The notes under the pieces are model-generated. The model had not been told where the DNA came from. It searched no databases and was given only the letters and a program-made list of their open reading frames with translations. From a virus (lineage: Duplodnaviria > Heunggongvirae > Uroviricota > Caudoviricetes), in IMG/VR virus record IMGVR_UViG_3300043451_000039, positions 64,001 to 128,000 of that record: a DNA stretch of 64,000 bases; one strand, written 5' to 3'. The position numbers and the translations under genes are program-made. Below are positions 1 through 11,506 of the stretch, piece after piece; positions within the stretch are counted from its first letter, which is position 1, and each line of letters starts with the position of its first letter.

Positions 1-405
1 AATACCTTGAACGCTATCAACATTTAAATATCTAAATGATGGACGCTTAGTAAGATATGAATTATCCAGTAAGTAATAACATTCTGTTGAAGCAAGAGTT
101 TTTGCTGCAGTAGATTGAGGGTCTAGTAAAGCCCAGAAACACTGAGAAGAATGTCTGTGATGTCCTTGAATAGAAGATAGAGGCACAGTTACATCTCTGA
201 GTGTCTGACCACCCTTTTTAATAACATACTTAAATGAATTTGATGTTGTTGTGATTTCTACTTGGAATGTTGCTGGAACAATCTCAGGATCTAATGTTTC
301 TGTTTCATAGATCTCTTCTGCAGATAATGCAGCAATTGCTTCTGCTTTCAAGACTCCAGTAAAAAATGTAGAGTCTTTTTTAATTAAAATATTAGCGCTG
401 TTCAT
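1..405 (-). CDS. Hypothetical protein, partial (runs off window edge), downstream of tail fibre
   Basis: Not in ORF track; I read ATG at 405 and an open frame (MNSANILIKKDSTFF...) to position 1 with no stop. Confidence 0.7.
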   Translation of the reverse strand, partial: MNSANILIKKDSTFFTGVLKAEAIAALSAEEIYETETLDPEIVPATFQVEITTTSNSFKYVIKKGGQTLRDVTVPLSSIQGHHRHSSQCFWALLDPQSTAAKTLASTECYYLLDNSYLTKRPSFRYLNVDSVQGI

Positions 406-413
406 TTCGTTCC

Positions 414-1526
414 TTAACAGTTGCAGTTACAGTTGTTGTTTGTAATATAAACGCCATTACCAGATCTATATAGACGAGATCCTGGATAGCCAGGTGATGT
501 ATTAACGCAAGCACCAGCGTTATCGAACCAACCACCGTAGTTACCTAAGTTGTTACCGTATTGTGATAAGAAGTATGGCCAGCCACCACCAGCGTTCGAT
601 GCATAAGCAGCAGAACCACCAATGTTAGTAACGATAACTGCACCAGTAGTACCCTGAACAGAAGTAACAGGAACAGAAACAATAACTGCGCCAGTGTTAC
701 CTTGAACTGAAGAAACATAAGAGGTAACAGAGATAGTTGGGTCACCAGCAGCGCCATCGCCGTTAGAAATAGTAATACCAGTACCAGCAGTCAGAGTACG
801 TAGAGCAGCGGTATTTGCAGCAGTCTTAACATAAACACCAGCAGTTCCAGACAAACCACCGATAGCAGATAAGTCACCGTCATATGGTTGTACATCAGTA
901 CCGATAACTAAACCTAATGTAGAACGAGCAGTACCAGCATCAGCGTCATCTAAAAGAGTTCTAGCGTAAGCTGAAAGTGTAGTAGTTGTGGCAGTACCAG
1001 AACCAGTAAAGTATGGAAGAGCATTAGCAGCAGAAGTAACACCTGCCAAAGCAGCAAGTTCAGCATCATATGCTTGGACGTCAGTACCAATGGCTAGACC
1101 AAGAGCAGTACGAGCACCAGCAGCAGTAGAAGAACCAGTACCACCATCAGCGATAGCCAAGTCAGTAATACCAGTAATTGAACCACCAGTAATAGTTACG
1201 TTACTAGAACTTAATGCACCAGAGAAAGTAGTAGCAGTAATTGTATTAGCAGCGAAGTTACCAGAAGAATCACGGGCAACAATAGTACTACCAGTATTTG
1301 TAGTTGCTGAGTTTAAACCATCTAGTAAGTCAGCGTCTAGACCAGAACCGCTACCATCAACGGTAATAAGTTTGGACAGAACGTCGGCTGCAGTGTAAGA
1401 AGCAGCTGTCTGGCCAGTCTGGAGAGCAGTGCTAATGTTTGCGAAGTTATTATCAACTTCTGCGTTTGTAAGAGGACTACCCTTAGTCGATCTTAGCGTA
1501 ATACTTGGTGCTGAAATGTTAGCCAT
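414..1526 (-). CDS. Tail fibre / virion fibre protein
   Basis: N-terminal '[14 protein letters not shown]', '[14 protein letters not shown]' and '[22 protein letters not shown]' motifs typical of phage fibres; ends NNNCNCNC. Confidence 0.8.
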   Translation of the reverse strand: MANISAPSITLRSTKGSPLTNAEVDNNFANISTALQTGQTAASYTAADVLSKLITVDGSGSGLDADLLDGLNSATTNTGSTIVARDSSGNFAANTITATTFSGALSSSNVTITGGSITGITDLAIADGGTGSSTAAGARTALGLAIGTDVQAYDAELAALAGVTSAANALPYFTGSGTATTTTLSAYARTLLDDADAGTARSTLGLVIGTDVQPYDGDLSAIGGLSGTAGVYVKTAANTAALRTLTAGTGITISNGDGAAGDPTISVTSYVSSVQGNTGAVIVSVPVTSVQGTTGAVIVTNIGGSAAYASNAGGGWPYFLSQYGNNLGNYGGWFDNAGACVNTSPGYPGSRLYRSGNGVYITNNNCNCNC

Positions 1527-1546
1527 TTAAAGTTCCTTAGTCAGTC

Positions 1547-1774
1547 TTATTTAGTGGATACGAGCTGCTGTAGAAGCATTTTTATATCCTGTAACTCATT
1601 CTTTATGTTATTTATGTCTTCTGTATGTTGAGAAATTTCGGCTTCTCTAGCCTCTGCTTTACGTCTAGTTGCGAGATATATCTCATACTCAGTCCTATTA
1701 TTATTTAGGATTGCGCCAGTAGTCGTATCTCGCACCAGTCCAGCATGTCCTTCTACTTTCAAAAATTTATCCAT
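1547..1774 (-). CDS. Conserved small T4-like phage protein (coiled-coil C-terminus)
   Basis: 'KVEGHAGLVRD..TGAILN' start; translationally coupled to the upstream giant gene. Confidence 0.6.
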   Translation of the reverse strand: MDKFLKVEGHAGLVRDTTTGAILNNNRTEYEIYLATRRKAEAREAEISQHTEDINNIKNELQDIKMLLQQLVSTK

Positions 1775-4700
1775 TATGGGCAGGCAATAAGTCTAAAATC
1801 TTTAATAACTGGACTTGCAGCACTATTAGTAGAAGTCATAACAATCTTCACTTGAATCGTATCGAATGCAGGCAAACCAGATAGAGAATAGATAACATCG
1901 CTAACAGATTGATCACCATTGTCAACTTTAGTAACAACACCATCGGCTGTCATCAGAGTATATTTAGTTGTATTTAGCTGAGTGCTTTCACCAGTACAAG
2001 TCTTATAATAAACAGCAATATCAGACTCAGAAGGGATATTTGCAGAAAGCATTACTCTTAGGTAAGTAGAAGCGTTCGCAAACTTAACTGGAGAAGTTAC
2101 ATACTTACTAGTTGAAGAACTACCAACTGGTGCGATTTCATCTGCAAACAAGATACGGTGAGTAACTGTAGTACCAGAAGTAGAAGTCTCGCCAGTGAAA
2201 GTGGTATTCAAAGTAAGAGTAGCTGTAGTGCCATCATCGCGGAAACCAGTAATTAGGAATGTTCCGTTATTGGCAGTAGTAGTTGCGCCAGAGATGGTCA
2301 CATATTTACCAATACCAAGACCAGCCATGGCAGTTCTTACACCAGAAGCAGTAGAAGTTATTGTTCCACCAGAAACGAATGTAAATGTACCAGTAGCATG
2401 AGTAAACGAAGTAACATTATCCAATGCAGCGACGTTTGTATTTGACTCAGTAGGTTTATTCAATCTATTACCGATAGCAATTAGAGAGGCTCTAGTAGTA
2501 TCGATAACAGGAGACACTGAATCATTATTAGTAGTCATCTGAGCAGAGAATGTTATTGACTTAGCGCCAGCAAGAGAAACGCTCTCATTAGTCTCGGAAC
2601 AAATCATTCTTGGTGTATAGAATACATTATTCTGTTTAACCAGTGCTGGAGAGAAACCAGAATCAATAACATATGGTGTTTGACCACCATCAACTGATTT
2701 ACCAGAAGTTGTCTTGATAGAGAAAGCAGTAGCAGTATCAGAGAATGTTTGCATCTGGATAGATGGGTTGATAATGCTGTACTGTACGTTTCTGCTTGCC
2801 TTAACTGAATCACCACCAGTATATCCGCTAGATGTAGCAGCAGTAGTTGTTACGATTGTGTAAGAATCAGAGTCTACATTACCGATGATATGAGTAGTAT
2901 AAATCTCAGTAGCAGGGATACCATTAACAGGGGCTACATATTGGAATGCTGCGCCAGTTACGGCAACACCAGAGTTAGAAGCCAATGTTAGAGAAGTGTT
3001 ACTTGCAATAGCTGAAACAGAACCAATCAATACATCTTGAGAATTATAGAGGCTTGAGCCAACTGCCAACTCAGTAGTAAACGAAGTACCAACACCAGTA
3101 ACTGTAGTGCTTGAAGTAGAAGCAGTAATTGTACCAGTTCCTGCGTCATTCGAAGTAACCGCAGAAATATCTACAGTAGAACCAGAAGGCATACCATGGT
3201 CATAGTGCCATACACGAACAGTTGTAGAACTAGAAGCAGTTTCAAACGGATCGTTCTCTAGAGTATCATATGGTAGAACATCATTAACGAACTCAATATC
3301 AGCAACAGCGTTAGTGTCAAACACAGCACGATGTAGAGTAAACTTGATATCAGCGTTATCGTCTGGAGTCCAAGTAGATGCGTTCTGAGATTTAAACATC
3401 ACACCAGCGTATGGTTGAACAGAGATTGTTCTTCCAGAACCTGGGATCTGATCGCCCATATAAGAGATCCAAACATTATAGTTGTTTGAGTCTGATTGTA
3501 GAACGAAACAGTATTCAGTATTATCTTGAACGTAAACTGGACTATCAAAAGTAAATCGAGTTGGAGTGTCGTAACTATGTTTCTGAGTACCATCAGGCAT
3601 AGTAACAAAGTTTGCTGACAATAGAACATCCTGAGCACGCTTAGTCACAACGCTGAATGGTAGAATAGTTTTTCCTGGAGTACCATTAACCATCTCACGG
3701 ATTTGTAATGTTACTGGGATTATAGTATCCTTAGTTCCAAAGAATACATCAATACCTGTTAGGAAAGCGCCACCCTTCTGCTGGATCAAGAATGATTGAG
3801 CCAATGGGTCATACCAACCAGTATCAGAAGTAACACGGTAAGATGTGCTATACAGGGTTGGGCTATCTTCAGCTAATTGTTCCTGAACTAACTGACCATT
3901 ACGAACAGCATTAACTGTTGCTTGTTTTGTAGTTAAAGTGCCAGTCGCTTCATAATTTGTAATACCACGAGAAGTATAGTTTCCATTGTAAGTATCTACG
4001 TCAACAAGTTTAAGTTCACGAGTACCAGTGCGGAAACGAACTGATTCAGTTTGTGGGATATTGAACAAGAATTCTAAATCACCATTTGCTGCAGTAACTA
4101 ATGTAGTTGGGGTTGTTGTAGAAACTACAACACCTTGAGCGCTGCTAATAGAACCAGAGATAGTATCACCATCAGTAAATGTGCCTTTAATATTAACAAT
4201 GCTTAGACAATGAGCATCATTTTCATCAAGGTAACGATTAACGACAACAGCAGAAGCAGTTCCTGCTCCGTTTGTAATAACATCACCGATATTTAAACAA
4301 ACTTGAGAATCGCCATTAATGCGTCGTTTAAGTTCAGAAGCCTGACCACCAGAGTTACTAGTATAGTCAAATGTTCCTGACGATGGTGTGTAAATGATTT
4401 TAGTAGCTGGAGTGCAGTAGCTGCTAATGTCTACACCATCAAAATATGGATAGAAACGAGTAGATGGTTTTAGTTTATGAGACTGAACCAAAATATTTCT
4501 AGAACGGATATATGGGATAACTGTAGTTGAAACAACACGGTCATCAACCTTCTGATAGTCAACTTTCTCGACAAGTTTCGTACCGATACCAGTACGATGT
4601 TGAGTATATGGTGTTGCATATACATCGGCTGTTAACTCACGACGTGCGCCACCACCACTACCTGCGCTTATTTGTCTTGTTGCGCTACCAGATAGGCTTA

Positions 4701-7700
4701 TGCTGCCTGTTTTTTCTGGTGAACCAACCCAGTTTGTTTCCCAAGCATTCCACACTGGAGTAAATGATCCAGCTTTTTTGGCCAGTGTTAAAATTGTATT
4801 GTAATCGCCCTCAACATTAATTACCATATCTTTCAATTGCGTTGTTTCAAACCAATCATCAGTCGGGGGATTAATTTTAACATCACCCAAGAATGTGAAA
4901 ATAGCAAATGGGTTAATGTTTTCTAGACGAGAAGCATATGTCTGAGTAATAATTGGAGTAGTTGTGTAAGGCAATGTAATGATATCACCAGTCAACTGAT
5001 ATTCTGCTGCAGCGCGAGCAGCATCATTTGAATATTTTTCCAATAGGTTTACATTGTGCATAGTATAGTGAGGGTGTAACTCACTATTAATGCTGTCAAT
5101 AGAGCACATGTAATCTGGAGAACTAGAGTAACCAAGTTTTGAACCAGAGAAGTTATCAACAACGAAACCATTCTTCATTCTATCCATTCCAGTAGAATCT
5201 GAAATTCTTAATGAAGCAGTTTCTTGCTCTAACATAGAAAGAGCAGTATAGTATTCAATATTGTTGATACGGTTTTCTAACTTACCAATATCACGCATTG
5301 TGTAGCGTCTGTTGTCAACTTTAGTCGCTGCAACACTTGTTGTGCTAGAACTGAATGTATATGCCTCTAGATCTAAGTTATATAGAATCATACCAACAGC
5401 TGGATCAGAAGGATATCCTGGATCTAACGATGGAACCCCAGTAATATCAAAGATTAGACCATTATAATCCAGAGCAATCTTATCTTTTCTTGGTAGGTAG
5501 TAGTTATAATCAGCAACAACTGATTCACCACGCTTAGGTACGCCAGAAATAATACCGCCAGTAGAGATAAAGTTCTTAGAAGAACCAGCCGACTTATTCG
5601 CAACACGTGGACGGAAGTCAATAGAATCTCTTAGTTTAGCAGGGATCTGTTTGTAATCAATACCGCTGTAAGAGTTAACATCAAAGTAATCGCCAGCGCC
5701 ATGTTCAAAATATTGATATGTTACTTTGATTGGATTAGAAGGCGCAGCATATGATGGCTTCAATGTTAATGAACCCCAGTCATAGTGAGTTTCTCTTTGG
5801 CCGTTATCAAATTCGAAACGATCAGTAATATCAACAGTGTATTGACCACTTGTTGGTGTGCTGCCAAAAGAAACACCTGGAGCCATAGTTACGCTTACGA
5901 TTTTGTATACGTCAGCTTTGTCTAGGTAAATCACATTAGCCTGAGCAGCAGTTGCTGTCAAGAATGTTTCTGAAGTATTTGTAAGAGTTTTAGTTTTCTC
6001 GAAACCAGAACCATTACGGATAACTGCAGCGATAACACTAATAGAGTGGCCAGACTGACCAGAAGGAACAGTAATACTTACAGTAGAACCAGAAACGCTA
6101 ATTGCAGTTGGAGTAAAGATTGTTCCACCAGTACCAGAATCATTATCAACGCAGATATAGTTATCAGTTTCAGCAGCAGAGGCGAATGTTCCAGAAGTGC
6201 TTAGTGTTAAAGCAGTTGCTGTGGCGGTTTGAGTAAATTTCTGATAGCTGTAGAATGTAGTATTGTTAGTTCCGCTTGTGCCAGCAGTACGCATTGAGCG
6301 GATTGCTTTGTATGGTAGAGGGAACAATAAACTTGCTTTTTCTGGCTCTAGAATTTGAGTGGTACATAAAGCGATAGTGCCACCAGTAATGCTAATTGCA
6401 GAATCAATAGTAATTGAAACTTGACTTGCAATAGCAGTAACTCTACGATAAGAACCAGCAGAACCACCAATAAGGATTAAATCATTAACTGCTAAATCAG
6501 TCAAGAATGATGTTCCAACGCCAGTAAGGGTTGTGCTATTATTTGCGCTAACAGAACCAATTAATGGTTTAACATCAGGATGAATATCTGCTGTAAAGTC
6601 TAAGTTTACATCAGAGTGTGGGTTATATACAATAGACTTAACATCACTGTTGAAATCATATCCATTATTCATTTGAACATCAAACAAACCTAGTTTGTAA
6701 ACTGATGTTGAGCCGAATGGAAGAGTGTCATGCCACTCCATATAACGAACACGAGCCGTACCAACAGTAGTTCCCACAGCAGAACCACGATTTGACGAAC
6801 CAGTAATATAGTTCTTCAATGTAACAGTTTCTAGTGTATCGATTGGAGGGAGGTTATTTACATTGGAAACGAGAACATAGTTACCAACAGTAGTATCAAT
6901 AACAGAAGCAGTTGCTTGAACAAAATCACGTGCCTTGTCAACTGGGATAAATGTAACAGTTGGTTTCTCAATTTCGTAACCACGAACATAACCCTTACCA
7001 GATTCGATACCAACAGCAAGTTGGGACTCATTACCATCTAGATAGATACCACGATTATACGCTGGAGCAGCATCAAATTGCCAGTTAACACCAGTAGCGC
7101 CTGGACCGTCATATGCTGAACTAGAAGAATGAGTTGGAGGAGTTGTAACAGAAGTTGCTGAATTTAAAGCAACATATGTGTTACCATTGTAAGAAACGAT
7201 ATCGCCGATTAAATACGCAGTGTTCGATGTCCACTCACCACGATTATTGTTGCGATGTTCACGAATATCAATACCGAAACCTCTAACAACATAATCACCA
7301 GATTCGTCATATGTGCGACGAGCCATCTCATCGCCAATTAATGAGTATTGAGTTTTATCAACAATAGTTTTGATAGAACCATTTGTAACACGAATCAATT
7401 CAACAAAGTTAGCGTCTGATGTAGAATCAACAGCAAGTTTTGTTAATGTTAAATCGATATAGTAACGATGTGCGCCTGGAGCAGCATAGTTGTAAGAGTT
7501 TTGAGCGTTATCTAATAATGTCTCATCTTGTTCTGGAGTAACAATTTCCTCAGAAACAGACAAACCAATACGGTATGTTGGAGTAGTAGTATACTTGTCA
7601 AGAACGATAGTTTGAGAATCAACTAAGCAGAAATGACCATTGATGTAGTAAACACCAGTGTTAATTGTAGCGATAGAACCTTTACCAACTGGAGTTCCAG

Positions 7701-8190
7701 TTGCAGCAATTTGCACTGAGTAAACGCTATCATCAGTAACAAGAACTTCGTTGGCTTCAAATACTTTTGAAGTTGTATCAGAGCCAGCTTGTTGATAGTT
7801 TAAGTATAGAGTAGTTGGGTCGCTAGATTCAGCGCTTTGAGTTAAAATAACAGTTGCTTTAACACCAGTAGTTTGACCAATAAGTGTCTTACCATTTAGA
7901 GCAGACAAGAATGTTTCAACAGCAACACCATTATATAATGATTGTAGTTTTACGTAATCAGCGCCACCTCCAGGTTGGGTAGCAGTTTGAATCGATGCTT
8001 GTCCAGGGATAACCATTGCGCCTTGTTTAAATACAGCATCACCATGGCGTTTAATTTGATTCTGCAGAATACTCTGCATTTGTGTAAGTTCGCGAGCCTG
8101 AACAGCAAAAGATGGACGATACAAAATACGATAAAACTTTTTAGTTTCATCATAATCATCATTATACGGTTCGGTATTGAAATCTAGCAT
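1774..8190 (-). CDS. Large virion structural protein, DUF4815-like (baseplate/fibre associated)
   Basis: N-terminus 'FNTEPYNDDYDETKKFYRILYRPSFAVQARELTQMQSILQNQI'; 2138 aa, Ser/Thr/Gly-rich beta-type repeats. Confidence 0.8.
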   Translation of the reverse strand: MLDFNTEPYNDDYDETKKFYRILYRPSFAVQARELTQMQSILQNQIKRHGDAVFKQGAMVIPGQASIQTATQPGGGADYVKLQSLYNGVAVETFLSALNGKTLIGQTTGVKATVILTQSAESSDPTTLYLNYQQAGSDTTSKVFEANEVLVTDDSVYSVQIAATGTPVGKGSIATINTGVYYINGHFCLVDSQTIVLDKYTTTPTYRIGLSVSEEIVTPEQDETLLDNAQNSYNYAAPGAHRYYIDLTLTKLAVDSTSDANFVELIRVTNGSIKTIVDKTQYSLIGDEMARRTYDESGDYVVRGFGIDIREHRNNNRGEWTSNTAYLIGDIVSYNGNTYVALNSATSVTTPPTHSSSSAYDGPGATGVNWQFDAAPAYNRGIYLDGNESQLAVGIESGKGYVRGYEIEKPTVTFIPVDKARDFVQATASVIDTTVGNYVLVSNVNNLPPIDTLETVTLKNYITGSSNRGSAVGTTVGTARVRYMEWHDTLPFGSTSVYKLGLFDVQMNNGYDFNSDVKSIVYNPHSDVNLDFTADIHPDVKPLIGSVSANNSTTLTGVGTSFLTDLAVNDLILIGGSAGSYRRVTAIASQVSITIDSAISITGGTIALCTTQILEPEKASLLFPLPYKAIRSMRTAGTSGTNNTTFYSYQKFTQTATATALTLSTSGTFASAAETDNYICVDNDSGTGGTIFTPTAISVSGSTVSITVPSGQSGHSISVIAAVIRNGSGFEKTKTLTNTSETFLTATAAQANVIYLDKADVYKIVSVTMAPGVSFGSTPTSGQYTVDITDRFEFDNGQRETHYDWGSLTLKPSYAAPSNPIKVTYQYFEHGAGDYFDVNSYSGIDYKQIPAKLRDSIDFRPRVANKSAGSSKNFISTGGIISGVPKRGESVVADYNYYLPRKDKIALDYNGLIFDITGVPSLDPGYPSDPAVGMILYNLDLEAYTFSSSTTSVAATKVDNRRYTMRDIGKLENRINNIEYYTALSMLEQETASLRISDSTGMDRMKNGFVVDNFSGSKLGYSSSPDYMCSIDSINSELHPHYTMHNVNLLEKYSNDAARAAAEYQLTGDIITLPYTTTPIITQTYASRLENINPFAIFTFLGDVKINPPTDDWFETTQLKDMVINVEGDYNTILTLAKKAGSFTPVWNAWETNWVGSPEKTGSISLSGSATRQISAGSGGGARRELTADVYATPYTQHRTGIGTKLVEKVDYQKVDDRVVSTTVIPYIRSRNILVQSHKLKPSTRFYPYFDGVDISSYCTPATKIIYTPSSGTFDYTSNSGGQASELKRRINGDSQVCLNIGDVITNGAGTASAVVVNRYLDENDAHCLSIVNIKGTFTDGDTISGSISSAQGVVVSTTTPTTLVTAANGDLEFLFNIPQTESVRFRTGTRELKLVDVDTYNGNYTSRGITNYEATGTLTTKQATVNAVRNGQLVQEQLAEDSPTLYSTSYRVTSDTGWYDPLAQSFLIQQKGGAFLTGIDVFFGTKDTIIPVTLQIREMVNGTPGKTILPFSVVTKRAQDVLLSANFVTMPDGTQKHSYDTPTRFTFDSPVYVQDNTEYCFVLQSDSNNYNVWISYMGDQIPGSGRTISVQPYAGVMFKSQNASTWTPDDNADIKFTLHRAVFDTNAVADIEFVNDVLPYDTLENDPFETASSSTTVRVWHYDHGMPSGSTVDISAVTSNDAGTGTITASTSSTTVTGVGTSFTTELAVGSSLYNSQDVLIGSVSAIASNTSLTLASNSGVAVTGAAFQYVAPVNGIPATEIYTTHIIGNVDSDSYTIVTTTAATSSGYTGGDSVKASRNVQYSIINPSIQMQTFSDTATAFSIKTTSGKSVDGGQTPYVIDSGFSPALVKQNNVFYTPRMICSETNESVSLAGAKSITFSAQMTTNNDSVSPVIDTTRASLIAIGNRLNKPTESNTNVAALDNVTSFTHATGTFTFVSGGTITSTASGVRTAMAGLGIGKYVTISGATTTANNGTFLITGFRDDGTTATLTLNTTFTGETSTSGTTVTHRILFADEIAPVGSSSTSKYVTSPVKFANASTYLRVMLSANIPSESDIAVYYKTCTGESTQLNTTKYTLMTADGVVTKVDNGDQSVSDVIYSLSGLPAFDTIQVKIVMTSTNSAASPVIKDFRLIACP

Positions 8191-8221
8191 TCTTTTACTC
8201 TTTAAGTTATTTTGTTATTTA

Positions 8222-11038
8222 TTAGAAGTGTATAACAGTTCTTAATGTCACATTCTGATCGCCTGTTGGTGTAAAGGCTTCTTTGTTATCAATAAACAGC
8301 ATATGTCCAGAATATTTATCTGCTGTTGGAGGTGTTACGCCAGAAGCAGAGAAAGTATTTCCTGCAGCATTTAAGAATACATCACCAACAACAGGAACAT
8401 GGTTATCAAGAGATTGCACCAGAGCACCAGTAGATGTTAAAGAAACAATACGGAATTTTGGACCAGTAGATGAACCCAATGTTAAATTCATGTCTGGAGT
8501 AAAATTAGTAATATCAATGAAAGCAGTAATCACAAAACATGCAGAAGCAAGTGAACTTGCTAGGTTACCATACTCTCCATATTTTCTTGGATTCTTAATA
8601 ATACCCAATTGACGATAGTCGTTATTTACTTGAAATCCTTGGTTAGCATCTTTAGATACGTTCGTATAGAACATCAATGTTTTAGTAAACATACCAGTAA
8701 TAGGATCTTTACCGTGACCACCATATGGTGCGCGAACGCCACGTGCTTTTGCGCCATAGCCATTGCTATTATCAAAAGAAACCTCGCACCAGCGATATCC
8801 TAAACCATAGTTAGTAACTTCAATCTTCTTAATTGCACCACCCTGAACATGAGCGATACCAGCAGCGCCAGTTCCATCACCTTTAACAGTAATTTCAAAA
8901 TCTGAACCATAGCCATATCCGCCAGAGATGACAGGATAAGCCATGATACGACCATCTGGTGTTAGTAATTCAGTATTAGCCTGCAATGTATTAATATCAC
9001 CTGGAGATAAATCTGCGCTCAAGTAACATTGATCACCGTCACCAGAAACTGATAAGTTAGCATATGTATAACCAATACCACCATCATCAATCTGAACAGA
9101 AATAACTTGACCATCTTCAATCACAGGGATTAGTTTGGCTTCAGATTTTACACCAACGAAATATGCTGCAGCGCCATCACCAGCAGAAACTGGAGTGATA
9201 GTGGCTGTTGGTAATGAAGAATAACCAGATCCATACTTTAGAACAGCAGTACCAGTTGCAGTAACACCAGCATATTTTAAAGTAGCAGTTCCATTGGTAG
9301 CAGTTTGTAATGTAGGAGTTCCAAGAGTTGCACCAGTACCACCACCACCAACAATAGTTGCAGTAGGTGGGTAAATATAACCAGTACCACCAGAAGAAAC
9401 TGTGATAGCAGTAATAACACCAGAAGTAATAACTGCAGTTGCTACAGCATTATTACCACCTGGAGCATCAGGAGCTGTTACATGTATCGATAAGGTTCCA
9501 GCTGAATATCCAGAACCACCATTTGTTACAGGAATTGTATAAACTGAACCTGTAATAGTTGGAGCAGTGGAAGCATGAGTAGTCCCAGCAGCAGTTACTG
9601 TATACAATCTATTAGAATAATAGATTTGATCGCCAACTGCAACTGCAGTTGCAGCAGTCCATGGAGTACCGAATGTAACATCTGGGGCTACAGTAAAGTT
9701 TTTACCAGAGTCTGAAATATGAACTCTAGAAACTGAAGTTCCATTCATAACAGGCTGACCAACGAAGTTTGTTCCATCGCCATCTAAAATAACATCTGGG
9801 GCTGATGTATAACCAAGACCTCCATTGGTCATTGTAATTTCGTAGATACTACCATTTAAAGTATAACCAGTAACTTCACCATCTTCAATAATTAGATCAC
9901 CAGTTGCTCTAGTGCCAATATACTCAAGCGCAGCAGTGCCGTTAGCAACAATACCTTCTTTGTGGTTTGGACCTGGAGAAGCAAGAGTGCCAGAAACTGT
10001 TGCTTTGTAAATATTGTTATCGTATTCAACAGTTTGACCAAGCAAAATACCAATACCATCTTGCCACGGGTTGGCTCCATTAAATGGAGGAGCAACAGTA
10101 AGAGTTGCACCAGAAGTATACCCAGTTCCACCATCACTAATAGTAAGTGATGTTAATAACAATGGATCAGATGTTCTGTAACCATCACCAGTAACTGAAA
10201 TGTTTGCGAAAGTAAAATTCTCTCCAGCGTTATCGATTTTAACATTAAGAATCTCGCCACCAGAATAGAACTGTGAACGGATAGAGTTAACGACAGGCAT
10301 ATACACGTCAGTCAAGAATTTATTACGCAACGCAATAGGAATACTATACAAGTATTTCCACATATATCCGTCTGGCATAATAACTGGGTCTACAACAGTA
10401 CCAATAGGTTTGTATGTAGAAACAGCATTATTGTTATTGTCTAGACATTTGTATACGTTGAAGTCATCTGTTAAAACATAACAGTTTGTATCTTCAAGAC
10501 GTTGTGCTCCAGATGGAGCAATAGTAACTACTGCTTCAGCAACAGCGTTTGCGCCACCACCACCAGAAATAGTTACTGTTGGGATAGAAGTATATCCAGT
10601 GCCACGTGATGTTAAATTGATTTCAGTAATAACACCATCAGTTAGAACTGCAGTAGCAGCAGCGCCTGTGCCGCCACCACCAGTAATAGTAATTGCTGGA
10701 TTTGATGAATAACCATATCCACCAGAAATTAGGTTAATACCCTGAACTTCTTTACTATATTGGTCATCATACATATCCCAAACCTGATCAGTCACCCAGT
10801 CTCTACGTGGGATAACATAAGCGACGTCAGTCGAGTTAATTTCTTTTAGAGTAATAATCTCATTGCGAGTCTGCAGTTCATAATCAAAACTGTCAATTGG
10901 AAGAGGAGGGTTTGCCTCATCATTCCAACGAAGTGTTTTACCTAAAAAGTAGTAGTATCGCGCACTACGATTTTGGATTTCATTAAATACTGCATCCGCA
11001 ATAGAATTATCTAATTGGGATTTTAGTAATGATGCCAT
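8222..11038 (-). CDS. Baseplate wedge subunit gp8-like, expanded with internal repeats
   Basis: 'YYYFLGK...VIPRRDW...WDMYDD', 'YKCLDNN', 'DGYMWKYLY' and C-terminal 'KYSGHMLFIDN' motifs. Confidence 0.8.
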   Translation of the reverse strand: MASLLKSQLDNSIADAVFNEIQNRSARYYYFLGKTLRWNDEANPPLPIDSFDYELQTRNEIITLKEINSTDVAYVIPRRDWVTDQVWDMYDDQYSKEVQGINLISGGYGYSSNPAITITGGGGTGAAATAVLTDGVITEINLTSRGTGYTSIPTVTISGGGGANAVAEAVVTIAPSGAQRLEDTNCYVLTDDFNVYKCLDNNNNAVSTYKPIGTVVDPVIMPDGYMWKYLYSIPIALRNKFLTDVYMPVVNSIRSQFYSGGEILNVKIDNAGENFTFANISVTGDGYRTSDPLLLTSLTISDGGTGYTSGATLTVAPPFNGANPWQDGIGILLGQTVEYDNNIYKATVSGTLASPGPNHKEGIVANGTAALEYIGTRATGDLIIEDGEVTGYTLNGSIYEITMTNGGLGYTSAPDVILDGDGTNFVGQPVMNGTSVSRVHISDSGKNFTVAPDVTFGTPWTAATAVAVGDQIYYSNRLYTVTAAGTTHASTAPTITGSVYTIPVTNGGSGYSAGTLSIHVTAPDAPGGNNAVATAVITSGVITAITVSSGGTGYIYPPTATIVGGGGTGATLGTPTLQTATNGTATLKYAGVTATGTAVLKYGSGYSSLPTATITPVSAGDGAAAYFVGVKSEAKLIPVIEDGQVISVQIDDGGIGYTYANLSVSGDGDQCYLSADLSPGDINTLQANTELLTPDGRIMAYPVISGGYGYGSDFEITVKGDGTGAAGIAHVQGGAIKKIEVTNYGLGYRWCEVSFDNSNGYGAKARGVRAPYGGHGKDPITGMFTKTLMFYTNVSKDANQGFQVNNDYRQLGIIKNPRKYGEYGNLASSLASACFVITAFIDITNFTPDMNLTLGSSTGPKFRIVSLTSTGALVQSLDNHVPVVGDVFLNAAGNTFSASGVTPPTADKYSGHMLFIDNKEAFTPTGDQNVTLRTVIHF

Positions 11039-11050
11039 TTATTTTTCCGA

Positions 11051-11494
11051 TTAGCTGATTGTAACAACCCAAGTAATAGCGATAGAGTCGCCAGCTGCTT
11101 TATTAACAACAGGGAATGTTGTTCTGCAAAGCATAGTACCACCAGTTGAAGAGTTTAGAACAGCAGCTTCAGTGATTGCGCCAGTACCAGTACCTGCTGG
11201 GAATGTAGCAGTGTAAGTAATAGCATTAGCAGAGTTTGAAGAAGAAGCAAGAGATACACGACCAGCTTCTGTCCCTAAAGATGTATCAGCAGCAGTTGGA
11301 GTACCAGTAGCAGTACCAATAGCCATATGTGACATGATGCTGGCAGAAGTACCAACAGCACGTGATGCTAGGTATGTTTTACCAGCAGAAACAACTAAAT
11401 TTTTTGCTTGGCGGATTTCTTTAACCTTACCAGCTTGGTCGCGAACAACGATCTCTAGTTCGCCTTTCATTTTTAATGTGTCTTCGAAATTCAT
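11051..11494 (-). CDS. Virion structural protein (tail/baseplate associated)
   Basis: 'NLVVSAGK.YLASR...MAIGT...EAAVLNSSTGGTMLCR' motif; located between gp7 and gp8. Confidence 0.55.
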   Translation of the reverse strand: MNFEDTLKMKGELEIVVRDQAGKVKEIRQAKNLVVSAGKTYLASRAVGTSASIMSHMAIGTATGTPTAADTSLGTEAGRVSLASSSNSANAITYTATFPAGTGTGAITEAAVLNSSTGGTMLCRTTFPVVNKAAGDSIAITWVVTIS

Positions 11495-11506
11495 AATTTC
11501 TCCTTA

